64,000 bases of DNA from a virus: positions 1 to 64,000 of IMG/VR virus record IMGVR_UViG_3300009164_000056; one strand, given 5' to 3'. Of the stretch, positions 27,258 to 37,209 are shown in pieces (positions within the stretch are counted from its first letter, which is position 1; every line of letters begins with the position of its first letter). A program made the translations under genes and the position numbers. The notes below the pieces were generated by a model that saw only the letters and a program-made list of their open reading frames with translations, had not been told where the DNA came from and made no database searches.

Positions 27258-30200
27258 ATGGCAATAAGATTTTTAACCAGTCAAAATATACAAGCAGGTA
27301 CATTAACTGTATCAACTATAGCCAACTTATCTACAGCATCTAATGTATTTTTAGTTTCAGATAGTGGTTTAGTTAAATATAGAACCGCCACACAAGTGCG
27401 TTCTGATATTGGAGCGGGTACTGTAACATCTATTACAATAACTCCAGGTACAGGAATAAGTGGTGGAGGAACAATTACTTCATCAGGTACACTTACTATT
27501 ACAAATACAGACTTGGGTTCTTCTCAAGCTATATTTAAAAATATTGCAGCTGCAGGCGAAAGTACAATAGTTGCTGATTCTAATAATGATACATTAACTT
27601 TTGTCAATGGTTCTAATATTGCCATCACTACTAATGCAACAACTGATACAATAACTATATCTGCATCAGATACTAATAATTATCCAACTACTTTAACTTG
27701 GGATACTGGAACAGGTATTTTAGGTTTAGGAAGAAGTGGTTTATCTACTTTAACTGTAGATTTAGACGGAAGATATCCTGAAAATAATGGTACAGGTGCA
27801 AGTGGTACTTGGGGAATAAATATTACAGGTAATGCAACATATGCAACAAATGCAGGAAATGCTGATACAATTGATAACTGGGCATTTACAAATACAGGTT
27901 CTAATTCATCAACAGCACCTGATACTATTAATAGTAATGGTATAAGCTATACTGCTGTTGCATTACTTGGTCAATCAGATGGTGCGTTATATTCTCAAGC
28001 ATATAGTGTATCTTGGCAACATCAAATATTTGGTGATTATAGAACAGGACAGATTGCAATAAGAGGTAAAAATAGTGGGGTTTGGCAGGCTTGGAGAACT
28101 GTTTTAGATTCTAGCAACTACACTTCATACGCTCCAACTTTAACGGGTGGTGGAGCTTCAGGAACTTGGAATATTAATATAACGGGTGCAGCAGCTAGTG
28201 CAGCATTTGCAAATTATGCTGATGATGCGGGTTATGCAACTAATGCCAATTATGCAACTAACTCAGGTAATGCAACTATTTCTTTATATGTTTCTTCACC
28301 TGATGGTGATAGAGTTGCTAGTAATAAATTACCTAACGGTAATCCACCACGTGCTGTACAATATGATTTTGCTTCTGCAAGTTCAGTTACAGGAGCTACT
28401 GGTAATTATGCTGGTGTAATGACATATAGACCATGGGATGGTACAAGTATAAGTACTGGTGATTCATCTTATCAATTAGCTTTTGCTAATCAAAGTGGTG
28501 TAAATGCATCAGGTCCTGCACAGTTATTGCTAAGAAATGGTATTAATGCTACATGGAATGCTTGGCAAACAATGCTTTCTTCAAGTAATTATAATAATTA
28601 TTCACCAACTTTAACAGGAGGAGCTGCAAGTGGTACATGGTCAATTAGTATAACGGGTAGTGCAACTAGTACTCCATATGCTGACTATGCTGATACAGCA
28701 GGATATGCTCTTGATGCAGGTAATGCAACAACAGCAAATACTTTATCTAGTGGTCAAAGTAATTGGCTTGGTACAGGAGTTATTAATAATGTTGTAGGGA
28801 TGTTGGCTTGGAAAAATTATGGCAATGGTCACGTAATATTTGATGCTTCTAATTCAACTACCCCAAGTGGTGGAGCTTGTAATAATACAAATCCACAAAA
28901 TAACTGGACAGGCACATTCCCAACATTAATGGGGTGGAATGGAGTTAACACTTACGGAGTAAGAGTAGATAGTACAAGAGTTGCAGATGGATTAACATCA
29001 ATGAACATATCTCAGTTTACAAATAACTCAGGATATACAACTGGAACTGGTACAATAAACTATGTATCTAAATTTACAGGAACTACTACTTTTGGTAATA
29101 GTTTAATTTATGATGATGGCATTCTTGTAACTATTAATGGAGCATTAACCGTAACAGGTAGTCCAACAAATTTACAATACACTAGAGTAAATAATGATTT
29201 AGATATATTTAGTGGTGATATTGATTCAGAAAACTATGGAGCTACTGCTAGACTTAGACTATCAAGAGCATCTGGTACTTTAGTTTCACCTACAACCCCA
29301 AGTTCTGGGACTGCTATTGGTAGAGTAGAATTTGGTGCTTACAATAGTGGCACTGCATCGTTTATAATGACTGCAAAAGTTGAAGCAACTATGGATGCTA
29401 CAAGTGGAGCTAATGATTTACCAAGTAGATTAGGATTCTTTACTACACCAGATAATACTAGTACTATGGTTGAGAGAATGCGAATTAACAATGCTGGTCA
29501 GATAAGAATTGGTGGTACAACAATGAACTTTTCTGATATTTTAAATATTCAGGCTGGGTCAATAGCTTTTCAAAATGGATATGGTCTTAGATTTACAAGT
29601 ACATCAGGAAGTATATATGCTAGTGTATATTCTAGTAGTGACAATACAGTAATTAAATCATTAGGAACTGGTGTTTTAATTAAAAACTTAAGTGGTAGTG
29701 ATCTTGTAACAGTATTAAATTCAGGATCAGTTCGTTTCAATAGTTATGGAATTGGAACATATGTAGGAACAGCTACACAAAAATTAGCAGTAGATAGTTC
29801 TGGAAATATTATAGAGATTCCAATTGGTGCAGGTGCAGTAGATGGTTCTGGTACAGCTAATTATATTACTAAATGGACTAGTACAACTAGTTTAACTAAC
29901 TCAGCTATATTTGATAATGGTACAAATGTATTAATTGGTACAACTGATGTAGGTACACCTACTTTTGGTTCTGCACCACAATTTGTAGTTGCAAATGCTG
30001 CAGGTGGTGTTATAGATATAAGAAGTCTTAATACAAATATATTAGCCGGTAGTGTACTAGGTAGATTACAATTTACAGGAAAAGATGATGCAACTGTAGG
30101 ATATACTACTGCAGCTATTGAAGCTGTTGCAGTTGGAACAGCTGGTACAGGTAATGGTGGTGGTGGTAAATTAAAATTTATGACTGCTGCATTTGGTACT

Positions 30201-30881
30201 GGATCAAGTCCTTTACCAAGAATGTGGGTTAATAGTTCAGGTAATGTTACTATTGGGACAAGTGAATTAAATTATTCTAAATTAACTGTAGATGGTGACA
30301 TATATGCTACAACTTCAGTAAATGGTTATTTACTTTATGCTTATGGTGGTGGTTATGGTTGTGCTATTGGAAGTCCTGGTATTTTAGGTACTGATATAGG
30401 ATTATATGGTACAGCTGGTGATGAAGTAATTGCTATGTTAAATTATAGTGATGGTTATTATTATTATGGTGGTACTTCTATAAGAAGTAATGGTTCATTT
30501 GTTGGCATTAGTGCATTACCTGATTATCCATTACATGTAGGATCACAAAATGGAAATATTTCTATATATGCTGATTATGATATTGTAGCATTTTCTGATG
30601 AATCAGTTAAAGAAAATATTAGACCTATTGAAAATGTAATTGAAAGAGTACAAAAATCAAGAGGTGTACTATATGACAGAATTGATAGTGGTCATAAAGA
30701 CAATATTGGTTTTATAGCACAAGAGTTAGAACTTACTTTCCCTGAATTAGTTGTTACTAATGAAGATGGAACTAAAGCTGTTAAATATCAGAATGCTGTA
30801 GCTGTTATGTTTGAAGCTATTAAAGAACAACAAAAACAAATAGATGAACTAAAAGAATTAGTAAATAAATTAATCAAATAA
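27258..30881 (+). CDS. long tail fibre with C-terminal intramolecular chaperone (peptidase S74)
   Basis: FSDESVKENI...GFIAQEL...PELV...AVKYQ...EAIKEQQKQIDELK; repeated GASGTW.I.ITG modules. Confidence 0.9.
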   Translation: MAIRFLTSQNIQAGTLTVSTIANLSTASNVFLVSDSGLVKYRTATQVRSDIGAGTVTSITITPGTGISGGGTITSSGTLTITNTDLGSSQAIFKNIAAAGESTIVADSNNDTLTFVNGSNIAITTNATTDTITISASDTNNYPTTLTWDTGTGILGLGRSGLSTLTVDLDGRYPENNGTGASGTWGINITGNATYATNAGNADTIDNWAFTNTGSNSSTAPDTINSNGISYTAVALLGQSDGALYSQAYSVSWQHQIFGDYRTGQIAIRGKNSGVWQAWRTVLDSSNYTSYAPTLTGGGASGTWNINITGAAASAAFANYADDAGYATNANYATNSGNATISLYVSSPDGDRVASNKLPNGNPPRAVQYDFASASSVTGATGNYAGVMTYRPWDGTSISTGDSSYQLAFANQSGVNASGPAQLLLRNGINATWNAWQTMLSSSNYNNYSPTLTGGAASGTWSISITGSATSTPYADYADTAGYALDAGNATTANTLSSGQSNWLGTGVINNVVGMLAWKNYGNGHVIFDASNSTTPSGGACNNTNPQNNWTGTFPTLMGWNGVNTYGVRVDSTRVADGLTSMNISQFTNNSGYTTGTGTINYVSKFTGTTTFGNSLIYDDGILVTINGALTVTGSPTNLQYTRVNNDLDIFSGDIDSENYGATARLRLSRASGTLVSPTTPSSGTAIGRVEFGAYNSGTASFIMTAKVEATMDATSGANDLPSRLGFFTTPDNTSTMVERMRINNAGQIRIGGTTMNFSDILNIQAGSIAFQNGYGLRFTSTSGSIYASVYSSSDNTVIKSLGTGVLIKNLSGSDLVTVLNSGSVRFNSYGIGTYVGTATQKLAVDSSGNIIEIPIGAGAVDGSGTANYITKWTSTTSLTNSAIFDNGTNVLIGTTDVGTPTFGSAPQFVVANAAGGVIDIRSLNTNILAGSVLGRLQFTGKDDATVGYTTAAIEAVAVGTAGTGNGGGGKLKFMTAAFGTGSSPLPRMWVNSSGNVTIGTSELNYSKLTVDGDIYATTSVNGYLLYAYGGGYGCAIGSPGILGTDIGLYGTAGDEVIAMLNYSDGYYYYGGTSIRSNGSFVGISALPDYPLHVGSQNGNISIYADYDIVAFSDESVKENIRPIENVIERVQKSRGVLYDRIDSGHKDNIGFIAQELELTFPELVVTNEDGTKAVKYQNAVAVMFEAIKEQQKQIDELKELVNKLIK

Positions 30882-30882
30882 T

Positions 30883-31203
30883 ATGAACACATATACCTGG
30901 TTTATTGCATCATTAGATTGCAAAATAAATGAAGACAACTTACAAGATGTTGTATACAATGTAAATTGGAGATACAGTGCTATTAATGAAGAGGGCGTAA
31001 TGGCTTTAACTTATGGTGGTTTATTAGTATCACCACCAAGTGCAGAAGATTTTACACCTTATGATCAATTAACTAAAGAACAAATAATTGGTTGGTTAGA
31101 AGCTGGCTTAAATGTTCCTGCAATAACTGCTGATTTGGATAATCAAATTAATTTGATTGTTAATCCTGTAGATGTAACACCACCTTTACCATTTGAAAAT
31201 TAA
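30883..31203 (+). CDS. putative tail-fibre assembly protein, paralog 1
   Basis: YTW.I...VVYNVNW...FTPYDQLTKEQIIGWL; directly follows the fibre gene. Confidence 0.6.
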   Translation: MNTYTWFIASLDCKINEDNLQDVVYNVNWRYSAINEEGVMALTYGGLLVSPPSAEDFTPYDQLTKEQIIGWLEAGLNVPAITADLDNQINLIVNPVDVTPPLPFEN

Positions 31204-31209
31204 TAAGAT

Positions 31210-31647
31210 ATGTCATTACCATTAAGTGGACCTTTAAGCTTTTCAGATATAGCTAGTGTAATAGGTGTTGATTCACCTTACTCATTAGGGACTATGTCAG
31301 CTAATGCTGGATTTACATCACCAGATTCAGTATCTGAATTTTATGGTTATGGTCCTGGTGGTGGTTTGACATTATTCTTTGTAAGTCAACCTCCAACTAA
31401 CTTATCGCAAAAGGTTTGTCAGATGAGACCATCTTGTTGTACACCAGTTTGGCATAATGGAATTGGAGCGTTACCAGAACCTGGAGATTTTGTTTATACA
31501 GACTCTGCAGGAACAGTACCTTTAATGGGTTTTAAAGCTCAATTTTTTTATGGAATGGACATAGAAGAATGTGTTCCAGCATTTAATTGGCTTTTAATAT
31601 CTGATTTAGATTCTGGACAAGTTTTAGAAGTAGGTGGATGTTTTTAA
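31210..31647 (+). CDS. putative fibre-tip adhesin
   Basis: N-terminal LPLSGPLSFSDI...SVSEFYGY anchor recalled from fibre-associated adhesins; Cys-containing C-terminal domain. Confidence 0.55.
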   Translation: MSLPLSGPLSFSDIASVIGVDSPYSLGTMSANAGFTSPDSVSEFYGYGPGGGLTLFFVSQPPTNLSQKVCQMRPSCCTPVWHNGIGALPEPGDFVYTDSAGTVPLMGFKAQFFYGMDIEECVPAFNWLLISDLDSGQVLEVGGCF

Positions 31648-31669
31648 TAATTTAAATAAATAAAAAGAT

Positions 31670-32005
31670 ATGACAAAGTATATTTGGGATTGCAATATGA
31701 TTGAGGTTTTACCAACCTTAGATACATTTAATAATGTAGTATGTAAAGTACATTATAAAGTAACATGCATTGATGATGAAGATTTATCTGAGTCACCAAA
31801 ATCAGTTGATAAACTAGGTGTGCAAATATTAAATACAGAAAATATAACTAATTTTGTTAATTTTGAAGAATTAACAAATGAGACTATTACTGTTTGGGTA
31901 AAAGCAGCACTTGGTGAAACACGTGTTTCTGATATAGAATTAAAACTTAAAGTTAGATATGATAGTATGATTGACTCATATATCATATCTATTAATAAAG
32001 ACTAA
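31670..32005 (+). CDS. putative tail-fibre assembly protein, paralog 2
   Basis: YIWD...VVCKVHY...FVNFEELTNETITVWV resembles the 30883 ORF. Confidence 0.6.
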   Translation: MTKYIWDCNMIEVLPTLDTFNNVVCKVHYKVTCIDDEDLSESPKSVDKLGVQILNTENITNFVNFEELTNETITVWVKAALGETRVSDIELKLKVRYDSMIDSYIISINKD

Positions 32006-32010
32006 TAGTT

Positions 32011-32478
32011 ATGAAAAAACCAATTATTAAAAAAACTCTTGTAAAAAAAGAAGTTGTTAAAGAAGTTGCTATTAAAGCAAAACCTATTGCTAAAAAACCT
32101 ATTAAAGAAGTTAAAGCAATAAGTAAAATTGTAAAACCTGTATTTGTAGAGGAACCAATTATTGAGATCAAGTATAGTTGGGATATAGAAAACATTGAGA
32201 TTAACAACCTTACTAATATAATTACTCAAATTACCTATGAGCTTATAGGTACTTTAAATGATGAAAGTTACCCGGTTAGTGGTACAATCTTAATACCTAA
32301 AGATGGGATCCTTTCTAATAAAGTAGAAACAGGTGATTATAAAACTCTAACAAAACAAGAAATCATAGACTATATGGTTAGCAGAATATCTGATAAACAT
32401 GTGGAATCAATGAAAGCTTTGATTATTCAAAACTTCAATGGAACTAAAATAATTGATAAAACTTTTTGGAAATCATAA
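32011..32478 (+). CDS. paralog 3 with Lys-rich N-terminal extension
   Basis: YSWDI...IITQITY...YKTLTKQEIIDYM core preceded by about 45 aa of K/P/V/I-rich sequence. Confidence 0.55.
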   Translation: MKKPIIKKTLVKKEVVKEVAIKAKPIAKKPIKEVKAISKIVKPVFVEEPIIEIKYSWDIENIEINNLTNIITQITYELIGTLNDESYPVSGTILIPKDGILSNKVETGDYKTLTKQEIIDYMVSRISDKHVESMKALIIQNFNGTKIIDKTFWKS

Positions 32479-32529
32479 ATAAGTTATATATTTGTAACAT
32501 AATTAAAAAACAATTTAAAACCAATAAAA

Positions 32530-32814
32530 ATGGCAAAGACAAAGTTACCACAAGAAGAAGCTGTTGAAGTTAAAAAACTTACAGCAGAAGAACTAGAAAA
32601 TCTAGTTAATGTTCAACAAAAGATTAACAACATTACTTTAAATTTAGGTAATGCTGAATTGGCTAAACAAGCCATGTTTGTTGAATATTCTAAAATTAAG
32701 GCTGAATGGGATGTAGTTGCAAAAACATTAGAAGAGAAGTATGGTCAGGTTAATGTTAACTTATCTGATGGTACAATTGCACCAATTGACCCTTCTGCCA
32801 ACCCGCTAGGGTAA
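32530..32814 (+). CDS. small coiled-coil protein
   Basis: Heptad pattern ending LEEKYGQVNVNLSDGTI; TATATTTG element upstream. Confidence 0.7.
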   Translation: MAKTKLPQEEAVEVKKLTAEELENLVNVQQKINNITLNLGNAELAKQAMFVEYSKIKAEWDVVAKTLEEKYGQVNVNLSDGTIAPIDPSANPLG

Positions 32815-32943
32815 TTTCTTTATACGTAAATATTTTATAAAAAATTTTATAACTGAACTTTTCTTGTTTGGTTATAAAATTTTTTGTATATTATAATTGT
32901 ATAGAGCACAATAAACTATTACATTATAGTAAATAAAATATTT

Positions 32944-35214
32944 ATGATACCAACAAATTCAAGTAATACAACAAACGGATGTGATACCATTTCATCCAAT
33001 TGTGTCATTTGGCAGGGGCCGGATATTAGTTGTATAAACCTATGTAATGGTGATACAATTAGTGATGTAACAGCTAAACTAGCTGAATTAGTATGCTCAT
33101 TAATTGAAGATGGCGTTGCTGCTAATCCTAACCTAACAGGTTTAGACTTATCATGTCTTAATATTCCTGGTACAACACCTACTACATTAGTTCCTGTTTT
33201 ACAACAAATGGTTGATGCTATATGTGAGAAAAATACAGGAACTACAATTAACTCAGAACTAGTTAAAGCAAATCTTCCTATAATGACATTGCCTGCATGT
33301 TTAGTCTATGATGACGCATCAGGTAATCCAGTTACACAATTACGTTTAGATAACTTTACTCTTTTAATAGCACAGCAAGTTTGTGATATACTTGTTACAA
33401 TAGTTTATATTGAAACAACTTTAAATAACTACAACACTAGAATAACAACATTAGAAGCATGTGTATTACCATGTACAGGAGCTACAGCAGAAACACAGGT
33501 TGTTCCTACATGTATAATTAATGTAGGAGTACTAACAGATGTATCTGTTTTACTACTTGCTTTAGAAGTAAGATTTTGTGCATTAGAAACAGCTGTAGGT
33601 TTACCTGCTGCAATTAATGCTGCTATAAGTCAAGGATCATGTATATTATCAACCACTACTACATTAGCTAATTCATCAGTATCATATGGTTCAATACCAG
33701 GATGGAATAATACTCCAGTAAATTTAGCACAAAGCACACAAAATATATGGGCTGTGTTATGTGATATGTATGAAGCTATTTCAAGCATTCAAACTAACTG
33801 TTGTCCTTCAGGATGTTCTAGTGTAACTTTTGGTTACAATACAACTAACGTAATAAGCAGTACTGGTACTATATCAGGCATTAACTTTAATTTCCAAAAT
33901 ACAACAGGTACTGGATCTGTTATACCAGCAACATTTAATGATTGTGCTGGTAGTACAGTTATTACTGTTAGAGATAGCAATAATGTTGCAATTACAAGTA
34001 CAGTAAGTGTTTCAGCTTTACAAAACTCTGCGGGTGGAGTTACTATATCATTACCAGGTTTAAATACTTATGGTCCATTAACTACTACTGTAGCATTCTG
34101 TGTTACAGATGGTAGAGATACATGTAATGATGTTATAGTTAAATCAGTTGCGGGAGTTGTACCTTGTCCAACACCAGTTATGAGTGCAATTACAACAACA
34201 GGAGCTACTGTTACATTTACAAATATGTTAGGATCATCAGCAGTTTATGTTATAGATATTCTTAATTCTTTAACAAATGTTGTTGCAGCCACCTTTACTC
34301 AAAACGCTCCTGGTGCTACAGTAGTAAAAGCATTTACAGGTTTAGTTGCTGGTACAGCATATAACACTAGAGTAACTGTTCAAATTGGTGGTCAAACACA
34401 AGTATGTACTACACAAATAGTAACATTTACAACAGAGACTGCAGCTGCTCCATGTAGTAATGGATTAGATGTTGTATTCTTATTAGATTATACTGGAAGT
34501 ATGAGTACTACTATTTCTGCTATTAAAGCAGGTATTCCATCTACAATAAGCACAATACAAGCAGCTTCTGGAACTAATGATTATAGATTAGCATTAGTAT
34601 TAGCAGATGAAGGAGATACTTCAACACCAACTTATGCAACTTCAGTAGATTATTTAGCATTACCAGCTAATCAAAAAATTACAAATACAGGTTCTTATGC
34701 TGGTTCACCAAGATATCAATTTATTACAGCAGTAGAAAAATTTGCTACAAATAATACTACATCATTTACAACTCAATTAAATAAAATTGATACAGGAGCT
34801 GCACCAACATATTGGCCTATAGGTAATGGATATGGTAGTCCAGAACCTACAGATTTGGCTCTTGGATTTGTTGTTGAAGGTTTAAATTTTGCAGGTGCAT
34901 TTAGAACTAATGTTGCTAAATATGTACTTATTTATACAGATGATTATCCAAGTGGTACTGATGATAATTTTGATGCTACAGATGTTACTAGATTAGCATC
35001 ATTAGCACAGACTTGTTTAAATCAAGGTATTAAATGCTTTGTATTAGGTGCAGGTGTTGATTTAACATATACACCACCAGGAGGTACAACAACTTATCCT
35101 TGGAGAGTATTTGCAACAGCAACAAATGGAGCATGGAATGCGTCTTATTCAACAGCTACAGTAAATTCATTAATCACTAACGGTTGTGCAACAACAACAC
35201 CACCATTAACTTAA
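32944..35214 (+). CDS. Cys-rich virion protein with FN3-like and C-terminal vWA domains
   Basis: MIDAS-like LDVVFLLDYTGSMS, PEP and VLIYTDD; FN3-like FTGLVAGTAYNTRV. Confidence 0.8.
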   Translation: MIPTNSSNTTNGCDTISSNCVIWQGPDISCINLCNGDTISDVTAKLAELVCSLIEDGVAANPNLTGLDLSCLNIPGTTPTTLVPVLQQMVDAICEKNTGTTINSELVKANLPIMTLPACLVYDDASGNPVTQLRLDNFTLLIAQQVCDILVTIVYIETTLNNYNTRITTLEACVLPCTGATAETQVVPTCIINVGVLTDVSVLLLALEVRFCALETAVGLPAAINAAISQGSCILSTTTTLANSSVSYGSIPGWNNTPVNLAQSTQNIWAVLCDMYEAISSIQTNCCPSGCSSVTFGYNTTNVISSTGTISGINFNFQNTTGTGSVIPATFNDCAGSTVITVRDSNNVAITSTVSVSALQNSAGGVTISLPGLNTYGPLTTTVAFCVTDGRDTCNDVIVKSVAGVVPCPTPVMSAITTTGATVTFTNMLGSSAVYVIDILNSLTNVVAATFTQNAPGATVVKAFTGLVAGTAYNTRVTVQIGGQTQVCTTQIVTFTTETAAAPCSNGLDVVFLLDYTGSMSTTISAIKAGIPSTISTIQAASGTNDYRLALVLADEGDTSTPTYATSVDYLALPANQKITNTGSYAGSPRYQFITAVEKFATNNTTSFTTQLNKIDTGAAPTYWPIGNGYGSPEPTDLALGFVVEGLNFAGAFRTNVAKYVLIYTDDYPSGTDDNFDATDVTRLASLAQTCLNQGIKCFVLGAGVDLTYTPPGGTTTYPWRVFATATNGAWNASYSTATVNSLITNGCATTTPPLT

Positions 35215-35232
35215 TTAAAATAAAATATAAAG

Positions 35233-35793
35233 ATGGCATGTAATTGTTCAAAATGTAGTAGTAAATGTGGTTGTGCTGATACAGCACTAACTAACCCATG
35301 TACATATACTGACTGTAGTGTTGGTAGTGAAAGATGTGATGATGTACAATGTGCAGAATGCGTTAGCTATTGTGGTACATCTTTTCAAATAGGAAACCCC
35401 GGAACTTTATTACAAATAAATAAAGGTGAAAGACTTGATTCTATTATACAAAAGTTTGCTATGATTTTATCTAATGGTTTAGGAGCATGTACTTCTAATG
35501 ATGTACAACATGATCCGTTTAATGTATATGCAGGTGTTATTACTAGTAGTACAGCATCAGTATTGTGGAATGGTACTTGGAGTGGAAGCACTGGAGTAAA
35601 TATTTATTATAATACTCAGATTGCTCCAACCACATGGATTTTAGCTAATCCAGTACCAATTGTTCCAACTATATTTAATTATACAATAACAAACCTTTTA
35701 GCTAGTTCAGCATATAAAGTAAAAGTAGTAGATGCAGGTAATTCATCAGCATGTAAACCAATTGAAATACTATTCTCTACCCTAGCAGTATAA
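35233..35793 (+). CDS. Cys-rich protein with FN3-like domain
   Basis: Metallothionein-like MACNCSKCSSKCGC; YTITNLLASSAYKVKV. Confidence 0.7.
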   Translation: MACNCSKCSSKCGCADTALTNPCTYTDCSVGSERCDDVQCAECVSYCGTSFQIGNPGTLLQINKGERLDSIIQKFAMILSNGLGACTSNDVQHDPFNVYAGVITSSTASVLWNGTWSGSTGVNIYYNTQIAPTTWILANPVPIVPTIFNYTITNLLASSAYKVKVVDAGNSSACKPIEILFSTLAV

Positions 35794-35847
35794 CATTAAA
35801 AAAAACAACAAGAGTGATGGTTTGTTGGTTTTCTATCACAGGAGTTG

Positions 35848-35881
35848 AAAGAGGCTGGGGTAACTCAGTCTCTTTTTTTTT
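35848..35881 (+). terminator. intrinsic terminator
   Basis: AAAGAGGCTGGG-GTAA-CTCAGTCTCTTT followed by a T run. Confidence 0.85.
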
Positions 35882-35945
35882 AAATAAACCTGCAATTTTA
35901 TAATAAAATTTTTACATTTGTATAATTAATTTTAAAAAAGATTCT

Positions 35946-37151
35946 ATGAGTTATTTAAAAAATAAAATACTTGAGTCATTAAAATGGAAGAAATCACCGG
36001 CTTATTGCGCATCAAGATTAGGAATATCAGAGGAAGAATACATTAAGGTTAAAGAACAAATATCAAATAAATTTAAAAAATCTTCTTACAGACAAAACCC
36101 AGCAATAGCTGAATCTGTAGACTTAGAAAAGGGTCAATCAACAATATCAGGTTCATTTACATATGAGCCAAAGACAGCAGAAGAGATAATCAAACTTTTA
36201 CAAATTGATACAAAAGTCTGGAAGTTATCACAATATTGGAATAAACAAATGGGAGACCATTGGAGAGTTTCAGCTTTAATAACTAAAATTAAAGAAAATG
36301 CTAAAGAAGATTTATTAATAAATCTGTTAAACAATTGGAAACCAAAGGTTTATAAAACAACTAACACAAATAAATTCCATGACTCTAATAAAGAAGATGT
36401 ATGTGGAATAATATCTTTACAAGACATTCATTTTGGAAAACAAGGAAATGAAACTATTGATAAGGATTTTGAAGATACTATAAAAAATTTATTGAACAAA
36501 GGTGTAGCATCACATAACATTAAAGTATTGTACTTTGTGGTAGGCGGTGACTTAATCAATATGGATACTTTTGCTGGTACAACAACAAGTGGAACACCTC
36601 TTGATAATTGTATGTCTGCAACAGATGCTTACATGCAGGCATTTGATGCAATGCATTGGGCAATAAATTATATCAAAGAATATTGTGAGGAACTTGTAGT
36701 AGTATATGTTCCGGGTAATCATGATAGATTATCTTCTCATCATTTGGTACATGCTCTATCTAAATCTATTTACAATGATGGGGATATAACATGGGATATA
36801 AAATATGAAGAAAGAAAGGTACATGTATGGCATAATAATTTCAATGCATTTGAGCATGGAGATAAGACAAGTAAAAACAACCCTTTGATATATGCATCAG
36901 AATACCCTAAAGAATGGGGTAGCACAATAAACAGGACATTGTATAAGGGTCACATCCATACTGATAGAAAAGTAGAATACATGACATCTAATGAGACAGC
37001 AGGTTTTATAGAAAAGACACTTCCTAGTTTAGGTAAGACAGACTATTATCACTATAGTAATAAATATACAGGTAATAGAAGATCAGGTAAATTGGAACTA
37101 CAAGATCCAATTCTAGGAAATATATGTGAATTAACTCACCAATCAATATAA
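35946..37151 (+). CDS. calcineurin-like metallophosphoesterase with N-terminal HTH-like segment
   Basis: DIHFG, GGDLIN, PGNHD, EHGD and GHIH motifs. Confidence 0.88.
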   Translation: MSYLKNKILESLKWKKSPAYCASRLGISEEEYIKVKEQISNKFKKSSYRQNPAIAESVDLEKGQSTISGSFTYEPKTAEEIIKLLQIDTKVWKLSQYWNKQMGDHWRVSALITKIKENAKEDLLINLLNNWKPKVYKTTNTNKFHDSNKEDVCGIISLQDIHFGKQGNETIDKDFEDTIKNLLNKGVASHNIKVLYFVVGGDLINMDTFAGTTTSGTPLDNCMSATDAYMQAFDAMHWAINYIKEYCEELVVVYVPGNHDRLSSHHLVHALSKSIYNDGDITWDIKYEERKVHVWHNNFNAFEHGDKTSKNNPLIYASEYPKEWGSTINRTLYKGHIHTDRKVEYMTSNETAGFIEKTLPSLGKTDYYHYSNKYTGNRRSGKLELQDPILGNICELTHQSI

Positions 37152-37209
37152 AGAAGCAACTTAAATTTCATTAAGTGGTCTTTTTTTTGTAAATTATAAA
37201 TATACATGT

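Noticed and set aside
27258-30881. Diversity-generating retroelement or invertible cassette acting on the fibre repeats
   Set aside because: No reverse transcriptase or recombinase in the window; the repeats are diverged protein-level duplications with no evident adenine-specific TR/VR pair.
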